A stretch of DNA of 64,000 nucleotides from Gemmatimonadota bacterium (GCA_020348925.1 CP070758.1:1665160-1729159); one strand, 5' to 3'. Positions 41,214-51,910 are shown, counted from the stretch's first letter. Program-made: numbers and translations. Notes: generated from the letters alone by a model not told the origin.

Positions 41214-41756
41214 ATGACTGAGAAAGAAGTTGCCGAGACCGGGGAAAAATCTTCTGATGCAAAAAAAAGAACGAAAAAGAGGACGGAACGGGGGGGAGAA
41301 AGGCTCAGGAAGGAACTCGAAAAATATAAGACTGAGCTGGAAGAAGGCCACGACAAATATTTAAGGCTGGCGGCTGATTTTGACAACTATAAAAAGCGAA
41401 CTGTGCGGGAGTTCAGCGATTTAATCCAGAGTGCGAATGAGGAACTCATCTTGCAACTTATTCCTGTTTTGGACAACTTTGAGAGGGCCCTGGACGCTGC
41501 CAAATCGTCGGATGATTTCGACTCCTTTCACAAGGGCGTTGAAATGATTCACCAGCAATTGAAGGATGTTCTGGAAAGGCAGGGAGTGAAGGAGATCGAG
41601 GCTCTGGGGGAGCCCTTTGATCCACACAAACACGAGGCGGTCATGATGGTGGAGAAGGATAAAAGTCCATCCGAGATAGTCGTTGAAGAGATGGAACGGG
41701 GATATATGCTGAACGACAGAGTGCTCCGTCCGTCAAAGGTCGCCGTCAATAAATAG
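41214..41756 (+). CDS. grpE: nucleotide exchange factor GrpE
   Basis: KYLRLAADFDNYKKR and the GrpE C-terminal beta-domain, 180 aa. Confidence 0.9.
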   Translation: MTEKEVAETGEKSSDAKKRTKKRTERGGERLRKELEKYKTELEEGHDKYLRLAADFDNYKKRTVREFSDLIQSANEELILQLIPVLDNFERALDAAKSSDDFDSFHKGVEMIHQQLKDVLERQGVKEIEALGEPFDPHKHEAVMMVEKDKSPSEIVVEEMERGYMLNDRVLRPSKVAVNK

Positions 41757-42072
41757 CGATTGTTCCCCGAACCTGCTCCATAGGGCAGGATCGTAGAAAT
41801 GTCGGTTGTGTCGGGGGTAGACTGTATTGCATTGAAATTCGAAACAATATCATCATCCAAGTGTTAAAAACTCGAAGTCACTCCAAAGCGAACAGTTTTA
41901 GGCATAGGATTTTCGGTTTCGAGTCCTGGGGTTTTCGCGGGTGGAACCTGTCCCGGATGTCTCTGTTTGAACTTTGGATTGTGTCACAGGCTGTGCTTCT
42001 TGTCGATTGGAGGCGAAACGTTGCTGTCTAAAGCTTACCGAGAACAATTCTCATTGTCTTGTGGTGGTATGC

Positions 42073-43233
42073 ATGGTAAAACGTGATTATTACGAAGTAT
42101 TGGGATTGCAGCGAAACGCTTCGGAGGGAGAGATCAAGAAGGCGTACCGGCAGATGGCTATGAAATACCATCCTGACCGCAATCCCGACAATAAAGGGGC
42201 TGAGGAGAAAGTCAAAGAGGCAGCCGAAGCTTACGAAGTGTTGAGTGATTCCCAAAAGCGGGTAACGTACGATCAGTTTGGTCATGATGGACTGAGGGGA
42301 ACGTTCAGCCAAGGTGGATTTCAGTGGTCCGATTTCACCCATTTCGGAGATTTTGAGGATATCCTCGGAGATCTCTTCGGCGGGAGCTTTTTCGGAGATA
42401 TTTTTGGGGGACGGCGAACGTCCGCGCGGCGGCGCAGAGGTCCTCAACGCGGTGCCGATCTGCAGGTTCGGTTAAAACTGACCCTCGAGGAGATTACCCG
42501 CGGTGTCGAAAAGAAAATCAAGCTGACACAGTTGCAGACATGTTCTGCATGTCACGGAACAGGAGCGAAGAGCAGCGACCATGTAAAGACGTGCCCGGCG
42601 TGCCACGGCTCCGGTGAATTACGCCAGGTTTCACGGTCACTCCTCGGTCAATTTGTGAATGTGAGCACCTGTCGAACCTGTGGGGGTGAGGGGCAGGTGG
42701 TCGACCAGCCCTGTCCGACCTGTTCCGGCCAGGGTAGAGTTCGGGGGACGACGACGATTACGGTGAAAGTACCTGCTGGTGTCGCCTCCGGGAATTACAT
42801 CCCCATTCGGGGGCAGGGGAATGCCGGTCCCCGGGGTGGACCTGCAGGCGATGTTATCGTCTTTATTGAGGAGAAGGAACACCCTGATTTTGAGCGGCAC
42901 GGCGATGATATCATCTTTCATAAAGCTATCAGTATCCCTCAAGCGATCCTGGGCGATGATGTCGAGATTCCGACACTCACCGGAAAGGTGCGTATGCACA
43001 TTCCACCCGGAACACAATCGGGAAAAGTATTTCGGCTGAAAGGAAAAGGAATCCCACATCTTCACGGGTATGGGCATGGTGATCAACTGGTGAAGATCTA
43101 CGTGTGGATTCCGACAAAACTTTCGTCACAAGAGAAGAAACTCTTTCAGGATATGGCCGATCGGGAGGGGCTTCACCCTCCCAAGAGTGCCAGGGGACTG
43201 TTCGGTAAAATGAAAGAGGTTTTTGGAGTTTAA
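42073..43233 (+). CDS. dnaJ: molecular chaperone DnaJ
   Basis: J-domain (DYYEVLG...[16 protein letters not shown]), G/F region and four CxxCxGxG zinc-finger repeats. Confidence 0.92.
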   Translation: MVKRDYYEVLGLQRNASEGEIKKAYRQMAMKYHPDRNPDNKGAEEKVKEAAEAYEVLSDSQKRVTYDQFGHDGLRGTFSQGGFQWSDFTHFGDFEDILGDLFGGSFFGDIFGGRRTSARRRRGPQRGADLQVRLKLTLEEITRGVEKKIKLTQLQTCSACHGTGAKSSDHVKTCPACHGSGELRQVSRSLLGQFVNVSTCRTCGGEGQVVDQPCPTCSGQGRVRGTTTITVKVPAGVASGNYIPIRGQGNAGPRGGPAGDVIVFIEEKEHPDFERHGDDIIFHKAISIPQAILGDDVEIPTLTGKVRMHIPPGTQSGKVFRLKGKGIPHLHGYGHGDQLVKIYVWIPTKLSSQEKKLFQDMADREGLHPPKSARGLFGKMKEVFGV

Positions 43234-44002
43234 GGGTAATTTGAAGACCATTTCGGAAACAAGTTTTTACGTCCCACCTGAGCACATCTGCAGAGATTCT
43301 CTCCACATCACCAACCAAGAAGCAAAACACGCACACGGTGTCTTACGGTGTGCCGTGGGTGATGTGTTCACGGTCGTTGACGGATGTGGGCTTGAGTATC
43401 GAGCCTCTGTTCAGAGCATCCGCAAGAACCGAATTGACTGTAAAATTTTGAGTTCACAAAAAAATCCGAAAGAACCGACTGTGCATATAACGTTGGCCCA
43501 GGCTCTGTGTCGGTTTGCAAAATTTGATACTCTCGTTGAAAAGTGTACCGAGATTGGAGTCGGCACCATTCTTCCGACCCTCACCCAACGGTCCCGTCCC
43601 ATGCCTCCAAAAGACCAATTTCAAAACCGATTGCGCCGCTGGCATAAGATAGCCGTGGCTGCTATGAAGCAGTCGGGTCGATCCGTTTTACCCCGGATAG
43701 AGTCGGCGGTGCCCATCGACACGCTTCTCGCGTACACTGAGAATTTTGATCTATCCCTTCTGGCCTGGGAAGACGAGCAAGCGGTGAGCTTGAGGAGTTT
43801 GCTCTCACCAACACACGAGATTCAGAGTGTCCTGATCTTCGTGGGTCCGGAGCGCGGATTCAGCAAAGAGGAGGTAGAGAAGGCACGGAGGGCGGGCTTC
43901 CAGCCCTTTTCCCTCGGTCCCAGGAGACTGAGAACGGAGACAGCCGGAATAGTGAGTGTCTCGCTTGTGATGTATGAACTTTGTGAACTGAACCCTCGCT
44001 AA
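43223..44002 (+). CDS. rsmE: 16S rRNA (uracil1498-N3)-methyltransferase
   Basis: FYVPPE N-terminus and C-terminal [12 protein letters not shown] (RsmE/SPOUT). SD AGAGG 5 nt upstream of the TTG start. Confidence 0.8.
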   Translation: MEFKGNLKTISETSFYVPPEHICRDSLHITNQEAKHAHGVLRCAVGDVFTVVDGCGLEYRASVQSIRKNRIDCKILSSQKNPKEPTVHITLAQALCRFAKFDTLVEKCTEIGVGTILPTLTQRSRPMPPKDQFQNRLRRWHKIAVAAMKQSGRSVLPRIESAVPIDTLLAYTENFDLSLLAWEDEQAVSLRSLLSPTHEIQSVLIFVGPERGFSKEEVEKARRAGFQPFSLGPRRLRTETAGIVSVSLVMYELCELNPR

Positions 44003-44063
44003 GACACTGCAACACGTTGAGACACCTCAGCGACACAATCGAGACAACATTGCGACAGGTGTT

Positions 44064-45728
44064 GTGCCTTATCCTTTCGTGCCGGATGGTCGGGTATTTT
44101 TGCGGGGACAAATGTTTTCAAAGACAAGAGGTTTCCGGAGTAAGGAGAACGATCGTATAGCCGTGGCTTTGGTCTATCCCAATACGTACGAAGTGGGCAT
44201 GGCCAACCTCGGATTTCAGGCCATCTTTCGTCTGCTGAACAGTTTCGGGAGCGTTGTTTGTGAGCGGGTCTTTCTCCCGCAAGGAGAGCGTCCGGTGACA
44301 TCCACCGAGTCGGGTCGCACACTCACTGAATGCGACATCATTGCTTTCTCCTTCTCCTTCGAGCTCGATTATGTGAATGCCGTTCAAATGTTGATGCATT
44401 CCGGGATATCGCTACGATCGGAGGACCGTGACGAGAGAACGCCACTCATCATGGCCGGAGGTGTGAGTGTCACCTTAAACCCGGAGCCAATGGCATCCAT
44501 TATCGATCTCTTTGTTATCGGCGAATCCGAGGAGGTGCTTGGGACCCTCCTGAATAGCTACATGAGGCATCGTCGGCAATGCGCCTCCCGGCACGAGATC
44601 CTTGTCTCCCTGGCCCGCCTGCCAGGGATCTATGTTCCGCGTTGTTATCAACTCCACTACAATCCTGACGGAACCATTGCCAAAATTGAGCCGCTCCAAG
44701 GGGCTCCTGCCCGGGTTCGAAGGCAGCATGTGCAGGAGATCGGCACAGTCCACGCTTTTTCCCAGGCGGTATCACCGAGAAGTCATTTCAAGGATATGTT
44801 TTTGGTTGAGGTGGGTCGGGGATGCCCTCGCGGCTGCTCCTTCTGTGCTTCGGGTTATATTTATCGGCCGTTCCGGTGCCGTTCGAAGGAGGCGCTTTTG
44901 TCCCTCATTGAAAACAATGATTCGGGTGCAAAGAAAGTCGGGTTGGTCGGTTCCGCGATTTCGGATCACCGAGACTTTGAGGAACTGTGCGTTGAATTGG
45001 TCGACAGAGGCTATCAATTGGGAGTCTCTTCCTTTCGGGCTGATGCCCTTACACCCCGCCTCGTTGAGGCCTTCGTTCGAGGAGGGATTCGGACCCTTAC
45101 CATGGCTCCTGAGACCGGCTCCGAAAAGCTTCGATTCAGGATTCACAAGAGACTGACTGATGATCACATCTTCAAAGCGACCCACAGAGCATCAGCAGGC
45201 GGCATCATAAATCTCAAGCTTTACTTTTTAATCGGAATTCCCTTCGAAGAGGAGAGTGATGTTGCGGCAATTGTCTCGTTGGTAAAAAGGACACACCGTG
45301 TGTTTTTTCAGCAGAGAGGGAAAAAGGGAACAATTACTGTGAGTGTGCACCCCTTTGTTCCCAAAGCGTCGACGCCCTTTCAATGGAGCCCGATGCAGCC
45401 GGTCAAGCCTCTCAAGGAAAAACTGAACATACTTGAAGCAGGCCTGCGCGGGATTCGGGGCGTGCGATTTTCCCCGAAGAGTCCGAGAAATGCGCTCTTA
45501 CAGGGTATGTTTTCGGTCGGAGACAGGCGGATAGGGGAGGCTCTTCGTGCCAAAGTCCAAGGCGGAGTTCTTTGGAAGAGAGCTTGGGAACAGGCGAAGG
45601 TCGAACCAGAATTTTTCCTACATCGGGAAAAGACTTTTGAGGAGGTCTTACCCTGGGATGTTCTCGACTCGGGAATTGAAAAGAGGGTTTTATGGAATCA
45701 ATACAAGAAGGCAAGAGATTCAGGTTGA
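44064..45728 (+). CDS. B12-binding-domain radical SAM protein (uncharacterised TIGR03960-like family)
   Basis: N-terminal B12-binding-like region ([18 protein letters not shown]) and a [15 protein letters not shown] radical-SAM cluster. Start uncertain (GTG 44064 or ATG 44112). Confidence 0.75.
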   Translation: MPYPFVPDGRVFLRGQMFSKTRGFRSKENDRIAVALVYPNTYEVGMANLGFQAIFRLLNSFGSVVCERVFLPQGERPVTSTESGRTLTECDIIAFSFSFELDYVNAVQMLMHSGISLRSEDRDERTPLIMAGGVSVTLNPEPMASIIDLFVIGESEEVLGTLLNSYMRHRRQCASRHEILVSLARLPGIYVPRCYQLHYNPDGTIAKIEPLQGAPARVRRQHVQEIGTVHAFSQAVSPRSHFKDMFLVEVGRGCPRGCSFCASGYIYRPFRCRSKEALLSLIENNDSGAKKVGLVGSAISDHRDFEELCVELVDRGYQLGVSSFRADALTPRLVEAFVRGGIRTLTMAPETGSEKLRFRIHKRLTDDHIFKATHRASAGGIINLKLYFLIGIPFEEESDVAAIVSLVKRTHRVFFQQRGKKGTITVSVHPFVPKASTPFQWSPMQPVKPLKEKLNILEAGLRGIRGVRFSPKSPRNALLQGMFSVGDRRIGEALRAKVQGGVLWKRAWEQAKVEPEFFLHREKTFEEVLPWDVLDSGIEKRVLWNQYKKARDSG

Positions 45729-45953
45729 TCGGATGGGTTTTGAAGCTTTTACTGAAGATTGTTTCACCGCTTTTTCCACTTTTCCCGAACGCAGACACTG
45801 CACGCACACGTTCACTTTCTTGGGTGTGCCGTTCACCAGAATTCTCACCCGCTGCAAATTGGGCATCCAGCGACGCTTCGTGACATTATGGGCGTGGCTG
45901 ATCTGGTTGCCTACCATAGGCCTTTTACCACATATTTCACATTTCTGAGCCAT
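45720..45953 (-). CDS. rpmB: 50S ribosomal protein L28 (zinc-ribbon C+ form)
   Basis: 77 aa, CEICGK...CVQC. Convergent 9-nt overlap with the radical SAM gene. Confidence 0.9.
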   Translation of the reverse strand: MAQKCEICGKRPMVGNQISHAHNVTKRRWMPNLQRVRILVNGTPKKVNVCVQCLRSGKVEKAVKQSSVKASKPIRST

Positions 45954-46630
45954 TCTGCAACCTCACTTCAATTCGATTCATTCAAAATTCAAAATGCACA
46001 CAACCGCATCAATTTTAAGCTGGATAAAAATAAGGCGTACAGAGGGAAAAGGCAAGTTTTTTATGGCCCGGAGTGAAAAGTGTTTGATTCTTCAAAAATT
46101 ACTTATTATTCTATGCAGTTGGACAGTTTGAACATCGATCAGACGCTTGATTGAAAGTTGCCCAACGGTTTTAGGACGGCTTTTCTCATATAACGATTTG
46201 ATTTCTGTAGTATTATCTTCAAAGAAGAAAATTGTGCCGAGGGGCCATGCGGTGAGCTCACTTCTCGCCAGGTTGAGGGGAAATCGGGGTCAAGAAAAGG
46301 ATTCTGTTGAAAATGGTGTCCCCTGCGCAATAGAATGTATAGGTCCGTCTCCGCGCAATTCAAGGTGTCCGGAGTTCAAGATGAAACAGTGCTTTCTCAT
46401 CGTTCGCAAATACCATTCCTCAGGAAAGAACCTGATTGTTTGCTTTCATTGCCGGAAGCGATACGGTGAGGAAGGTTCCTCGCTGCATGCGGAACAAGTT
46501 CTGTCTTGGCATGTGGGATTGTTTCGTCTCATACTTGTTGAGGGACACGCAGTGGCAGATGCTGTGGGTATATGTGGAGGGTCTCATTTTCTTCAGATGC
46601 ATTCCGTAAAACCGAGAGGAGAAAACCGCA

Positions 46631-47392
46631 TTGTGCGATAGCACCCTGGCCGTCATATCCGACATTCATGGAAACCGATGGGCTTTGGAGGCAATTCTGC
46701 AGGATATCGAGTGCAGGAAAATCCGGCACGTGGTCAATCTCGGAGACTGCGTCTACGGTCCGCTTGATCCTTCAGGTACCGCTACTATCCTTATGGATCT
46801 CGACATCCTGACCGTTCGGGGCAATGAGGACCGGATTCTTTTCGAACCGTTTGGGGATTCGGAGAGATCGCCTTCGCTGAACTACACTCGTGAGAGCTTG
46901 CGTCCAGAGCAATTGCAGTGGTTGAAGCTTTTAGAAAAAACGACAACGGCGTACGAGAATTTTTTATTGTGTCACGGAACGCCTGAACGCGATGATGCGT
47001 ATCTGTTGCAGGAAGTATCCGAACAGGGTATTACTGTGAGAACGGCCGGTGAAGTTGAAGAAAGAGTTCGGGAGGTGACACAACCGGCGGTGCTGTGCGG
47101 GCATGACCACATTCCCAGAACGGTCAATTTACTGGATGGAAGGATTGTGGTCAATCCAGGCAGTGTTGGATTGCCCGCCTATCGGGATGATCGACCGTAT
47201 TTCCACGTGATGGAGACGGGGACGCCGCACGCCCGATATAGTCTCGTAAAGCGGGTTGAGGCTGCGTGGCGTGTTGAAAATATCGCCGTATCGTATGCCT
47301 GGGAGACGGCCGCAGAAGTTGCCCGGGAGAATGGTCGTCCGGATTGGGCCGATTGGCTCAAGACGGGGAGAGCGATGCTCCCTCATCCCTGA
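46631..47392 (+). CDS. metallophosphoesterase (calcineurin-like, YfcE/MJ0936-type)
   Basis: ISDIHGN, GD.VYGP and GNED..L metal-binding motifs. TTG start. Confidence 0.75.
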   Translation: MCDSTLAVISDIHGNRWALEAILQDIECRKIRHVVNLGDCVYGPLDPSGTATILMDLDILTVRGNEDRILFEPFGDSERSPSLNYTRESLRPEQLQWLKLLEKTTTAYENFLLCHGTPERDDAYLLQEVSEQGITVRTAGEVEERVREVTQPAVLCGHDHIPRTVNLLDGRIVVNPGSVGLPAYRDDRPYFHVMETGTPHARYSLVKRVEAAWRVENIAVSYAWETAAEVARENGRPDWADWLKTGRAMLPHP

Positions 47393-47527
47393 ATGATTCT
47401 TCCAGAGTCCGTCACTCTGCTCATGGTGATCTTCTCGGTTTTGCCATGAAAAATATTTTGACTTCAAACGGCTGAAACTGTATATTGTTTTTCGTCGGAC
47501 ACCGAGAGATAAAAGAAGCCAAATTCT

Positions 47528-49660
47528 ATGAATGTCGTGACCCGTCAAAAGAGTGTGAAGCCATTATCACCGCAAATCGATCTGTTCTCTCCTGTTCAAT
47601 ATCTGAAAGGAGTCGGGCCGAAAAGGGCAGCTCTTCTCAGGACAGTCGGGATTGTATCGATAGAAGATCTGCTCTATTACATTCCGAGACGGTATCTGGA
47701 TCGTCGGCTCCTGGCTCCCATTTCTCATATCAAAGTCAATACCGAAGCCACTGTGGTGGGACAGGTTGAAACCTTCGGGTTCACTGAGGGGCGACGTCCT
47801 CGGTTTGTGGTCATTCTGAACGATGGCACAGGGATGCTCCAGTGTGTGTGGTTTCAAGGTGCGCACTTCGTCCAAAAGGCTTTTCATGTCGGGGACACGG
47901 TTGTGGTGAGCGGTCCTGTACGCTTTTATCGCGGCAAGCAGATGACCCACCCGGAGTTTGAGATTCTGTCAAACAGTCATGGTGGGGACCTGCTTCACAC
48001 CGGGCGCATTATTCCCCTCTATCCTTCAACCGCTGAATTAAAAGCACGATACTTGGACAGTCGCGGCTTTCGCAGAATTATAAAACCTGCATTGGATCGA
48101 TTTCTCAAACTGGTACCCGAAACGCTTCCGGAGTCAATCCGGGAACGATGTCATCTTCTTCCTCTGTGTGAGGCGGTGAGAGGCATCCACTTTCCTGAGA
48201 CTATGGATGGTGCGGAAAAAGCTCGACAGCGACTTGACTTTGACGAGCTGTTCTATTTGGAACTCATGTTGGCACGACGAAAGAGAAAGTGGACAGAAGC
48301 ACAGGACGGTATCGCCTTCAAAAAAGTGGGGGAGAAGGTCAGAGAGCTGCTGGATCTTTTGTCCTTTGAACTTACGGAGGCTCAGAAGAGAGTCGTGAAA
48401 GAGATTTGGTCGGACATGAAGAGCAAGAGATCCATGAACAGACTACTCCAGGGTGATGTGGGCTCGGGCAAGACCGTTGTGGCCCTCATCGCCATACTCA
48501 TCGCTGTCGAGAACGGGTACCAAGCAGCCCTCATGGCCCCGACGGAAATTCTGGCCGAGCAGCATTACCTCACCGTGCGACATGTTCTGAAGGATTTGGG
48601 CGTTACCGTGATCCTTCTCGTCGGGAGTATGCGGAAATCGTCCAGGCAGAAAGCATTGGAGGCCATAGGAAAAGGTGAGGCAGAGGTGATCATCGGAACG
48701 CACGCCCTCATTCAAGAGGATGTGGCTATCGGACGTCTGGGACTTGTCATCATTGACGAACAGCATCGCTTCGGTGTCCAGCAGAGAGCAATTCTTCGGG
48801 AGAAAGGTCTGCAGCCCGATGTACTGGTGATGACGGCCACCCCAATTCCCAGAACGTTGGCTCTGACTGTCTATGGAGATCTTGATGTTTCCGTCATCGA
48901 CGAGATGCCACCCGGACGAAAGGAAGTTAAGACAGTCTGGAAGAGCGATCAACACAGGGATGAAATCTATTCGTTTCTACGGGATCAAGTGCGAAATGGT
49001 GGACAGGTCTACATCGTTTATCCCTTGGTTGAAGAGTCCGAGAAGATCGATCTCAAAGCGGCCAAGGAGAGTTATGAGCATCTGCGAAGTGAGATTTTTT
49101 TCGATCTGCGGATGGCTCTTATCCACGGACAAATGGGAAGTGAGGCGAAGGACAGGGTGATGGCTTTGTTCAAGGCCGGTGGAATCGACATCCTGGTGAG
49201 CACGACCGTCATTGAAGTCGGAGTGGATGTTCCCAATGCCACAGTGATGATCATCGAGCATGCTGAGCGATTTGGACTGTCCCAGCTTCATCAGCTCAGG
49301 GGTCGGGTGGGGCGTGGACCGCGTCAATCCTATTGTATTCTGTTGGCTCGATATCCCATCTCCGAAGAGGCCAAACAGAGACTCAGAGCCATACGGGGCT
49401 CAACGGACGGTTTCAAAATAGCCGAGGCGGATTTAAAACTCCGCGGTCCTGGAGAATTTTTTGGAACGAGACAGCACGGTATGCCAGAGTTGAAAATTGC
49501 CAACATGATCACAGATGCATCCCTTCTCAGTGCGGCTCGGAGGGAAGCGTTCTCAACGGTGGAGCAAGATCCGGAGTTGAAAGCATCTGAAAATACGATC
49601 ATCCGGAGGACATTTGAAACAAAATACAAGGGAAAATTTGAATTGGTCGATGTCGGATAA
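47528..49660 (+). CDS. recG: ATP-dependent DNA helicase RecG
   Basis: Wedge domain, helicase motif I GDVGSGKT, DEQHRFGV and QLHQLRGRVGRG. Confidence 0.92.
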   Translation: MNVVTRQKSVKPLSPQIDLFSPVQYLKGVGPKRAALLRTVGIVSIEDLLYYIPRRYLDRRLLAPISHIKVNTEATVVGQVETFGFTEGRRPRFVVILNDGTGMLQCVWFQGAHFVQKAFHVGDTVVVSGPVRFYRGKQMTHPEFEILSNSHGGDLLHTGRIIPLYPSTAELKARYLDSRGFRRIIKPALDRFLKLVPETLPESIRERCHLLPLCEAVRGIHFPETMDGAEKARQRLDFDELFYLELMLARRKRKWTEAQDGIAFKKVGEKVRELLDLLSFELTEAQKRVVKEIWSDMKSKRSMNRLLQGDVGSGKTVVALIAILIAVENGYQAALMAPTEILAEQHYLTVRHVLKDLGVTVILLVGSMRKSSRQKALEAIGKGEAEVIIGTHALIQEDVAIGRLGLVIIDEQHRFGVQQRAILREKGLQPDVLVMTATPIPRTLALTVYGDLDVSVIDEMPPGRKEVKTVWKSDQHRDEIYSFLRDQVRNGGQVYIVYPLVEESEKIDLKAAKESYEHLRSEIFFDLRMALIHGQMGSEAKDRVMALFKAGGIDILVSTTVIEVGVDVPNATVMIIEHAERFGLSQLHQLRGRVGRGPRQSYCILLARYPISEEAKQRLRAIRGSTDGFKIAEADLKLRGPGEFFGTRQHGMPELKIANMITDASLLSAARREAFSTVEQDPELKASENTIIRRTFETKYKGKFELVDVG

Positions 49661-50357
49661 TCGCGAAAAAAGTATTGTTCTGTTATCGGGGGGATTGGAC
49701 TCTGTTGTCTCGTCTGCCTGTGCTTGTGAGGAGAGCGACCTGTGTCTGGCGTTGACCTTTGACTACGGACAGAGAGCTGCCCGGAAGGAGATTGAGGCTG
49801 CCCATGCATGTTGCCGCGTATTGGGTGTGAGCCACCGAGTTATTCCCCTCAATTGGCTCGCTGAGGTCACAAAAACGGCTCTGGTCGATAGGGCGCAAAA
49901 GGTACCTCAGATGGACCTGAAGGATCTTGCAACGTCAGGAACCGAAATTCTTGAAACCACGAGACAGGTCTGGGTGCCGAATCGAAACGGACTCTTCATC
50001 AATATTGCGGCCGCTTTTGCCGAAAGCCTGAACGCGTCCTGGATCGTGACCGGTCTGAACCGTGAGGAGGGAGTTGCTTTTCCAGATAATGGCCCTCAGT
50101 TTGTCGAGACAATTAACAATGCTCTGAAATTGTCAACCTTGGAGTCGGTTCGCGTTGTCAGCCATACACTGCATTTGACAAAGGCTCAAATTGTACAATT
50201 AGGTATCGAGAAAAATGCTCCTTTGCACACGGTCTATTCCTGCTACCTCGGAGAAGAGCTCATGTGTGGCACTTGTGAGAGCTGTGTGCGCCTGAAGCGA
50301 GCTTTTTACTCAACGGGAAATTGGGAGTTGATTCGAGACAAATTTTGCGGGAAATGA
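49650..50357 (+). CDS. queC: 7-cyano-7-deazaguanine synthase
   Basis: VLLSGGLDS PP-loop and C-terminal zinc-binding CxxC...C cysteines. Overlaps recG by 11 nt. Confidence 0.85.
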   Translation: MSDNREKSIVLLSGGLDSVVSSACACEESDLCLALTFDYGQRAARKEIEAAHACCRVLGVSHRVIPLNWLAEVTKTALVDRAQKVPQMDLKDLATSGTEILETTRQVWVPNRNGLFINIAAAFAESLNASWIVTGLNREEGVAFPDNGPQFVETINNALKLSTLESVRVVSHTLHLTKAQIVQLGIEKNAPLHTVYSCYLGEELMCGTCESCVRLKRAFYSTGNWELIRDKFCGK

Positions 50358-50507
50358 TCATGATTCTCCGTTCGATTTTTATCAACCACTGAGCCGGTGA
50401 GGAGACGCACGTGCCGAGCTGCCGGCATGACTCACTGCCGCGCTCAAAGAGAAGGTTCTTCGAGTCTCTGCGTCTCAGCGGTCCATGCTCCTGAGGAGGG
50501 TAGCGAT

Positions 50508-51065
50508 GTGAAATCAAAATTAATATCGGATGTTATCACCTATACGGGGGACCAGCTCAGATCGCATTGGGCATTTGAGCAGTATGACGTTCAGGGGGAT
50601 AGTATTGTCGCTTTCATGGGTCCCTGTGATGTGGGCACTGAGAAACTTGTCGATTTGGCTGATCGCAAGGAACTCAAAAAGATCTACAGCCAAGAGATGC
50701 TTCACTTCCTTGTCGAGCACTTTGATCGTGATCTGGAAAAGACGCTCCTGAGACAAAAACTATTGATCACGATTATAATGGAAAAGTTGAATCATCGCAT
50801 GAAACATAGTGTCATACATCGCCTTGGAGACGATCTGTTTGATGGGGACAAGAAGCTTTCAGTGTCTATTGCCACATTGACGCCTGTTTCTACTATGATT
50901 CATGTGGGCATTAATATCAGCAGCAAGAACACACCGGTAAGGACCAGCGGGTTGAAGGATTATGGAATTGAACCGGAGGAGGTGGCGGAGGTTGTGATGA
51001 ATCAGTACATGGCTGAGATGAAATCCTTGACCTTGGCCCGGAGTAAGGTCAAGGGCGTCCTATGA
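50508..51065 (+). CDS. conserved hypothetical protein sitting between queC and queE (possibly DUF366-like)
   Basis: About 185 aa with no PTPS/QueD CxxxHGH motif. GTG start with GGAGG SD 8 nt upstream. The 3' end overlaps the queE ATG (ATGA). Confidence 0.5.
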   Translation: MKSKLISDVITYTGDQLRSHWAFEQYDVQGDSIVAFMGPCDVGTEKLVDLADRKELKKIYSQEMLHFLVEHFDRDLEKTLLRQKLLITIIMEKLNHRMKHSVIHRLGDDLFDGDKKLSVSIATLTPVSTMIHVGINISSKNTPVRTSGLKDYGIEPEEVAEVVMNQYMAEMKSLTLARSKVKGVL

Positions 51066-51808
51066 GCAGCACGGGTTATCTGAAAGAGATCTTCTCATCG
51101 ATTCAAGGGGAGGGATTGCTTGTTGGGTGCCGCCAAATATTCGTCCGCTTTTTAGGCTGTAATCTCAAATGTTCCTACTGCGACACACCCGAGAGTCGGG
51201 AGATGAAGGGGGACTGTCATATCCAGGCCTCGCCGGACATGGTGAAATCTCATACTGTTATGAATCCTGTTCATGTTGAGGATACTCTTGCCTTCATTGA
51301 ATCTTTGAATGTGTCTCGTCATCATTCGGTCAGTATCACGGGAGGTGAAGCGTTGTTGCAATATGAGTTCCTCGAAGAGTTGGCAGTCCGATTAAAGAGA
51401 AAGAACTTGAAAAACTACTTGGAGACCAACGGCACGCTGCCCGAAGCGCTGAGCAGATGTCTTGATGCGATCGATATCATTGGTATGGATTGGAAACTCT
51501 CAAGCGCAACCGGACAGGCGGATGTTACCCGGGAACACATTCGTTTTCTTAACGTTGGGGCAAAAAAAGACATTTTCGTGAAAATTGTGGTTACTGAGAC
51601 GACGGAGTTGAATGAGTTTGAAGAGGCGTGCCTCCACATTTCCAAAATAGGATCACATATTCCAATTGTCGTGCAGCCCGTGACAGCAACGTCTGCGATC
51701 AAATCTCCCTCGAGTGACTTTTTATTGAGGCTGACGTCCATTGCCCTTGACTATGTGGACGACGTTCGCGTCATACCGCAGATTCAGAGATTGCTGGAGT
51801 TGCGGTGA
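51062..51808 (+). CDS. queE: 7-carboxy-7-deazaguanine synthase (radical SAM)
   Basis: IQGEG...FVRFLGCNLKCSYCDT cluster motif, 248 aa. Confidence 0.85.
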   Translation: MSSTGYLKEIFSSIQGEGLLVGCRQIFVRFLGCNLKCSYCDTPESREMKGDCHIQASPDMVKSHTVMNPVHVEDTLAFIESLNVSRHHSVSITGGEALLQYEFLEELAVRLKRKNLKNYLETNGTLPEALSRCLDAIDIIGMDWKLSSATGQADVTREHIRFLNVGAKKDIFVKIVVTETTELNEFEEACLHISKIGSHIPIVVQPVTATSAIKSPSSDFLLRLTSIALDYVDDVRVIPQIQRLLELR

Positions 51809-51910
51809 CCTCTTGTCGATGATGAAAGTTGTTGGGACGAAACCAAATGAGCGGCCGGCGTGTCTAATTCAGCAGATTGACAGAAGACGTATGTGCGAAC
51901 AAGGTAATGG

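Noticed and set aside
45954-46630. Tested for RNase P RNA, tmRNA, SRP RNA, cobalamin, glycine and c-di-GMP riboswitch consensus
   Set aside because: Conserved cores (GGAAAGUCCGG / ACAGAACCCGGCUUA, tmRNA tag and 3' end, B12 box plus GGUGNNAAUCC on the same strand) were not found. GCCACTG occurs only on the minus strand without the other cobalamin elements.
46147-46641. 164-aa Cys/Arg/Gly-rich ORF in the rpmB-phosphoesterase intergenic region
   Set aside because: No RBS, odd composition, no recognisable fold. More likely a non-coding structured region (reported as a finding instead).
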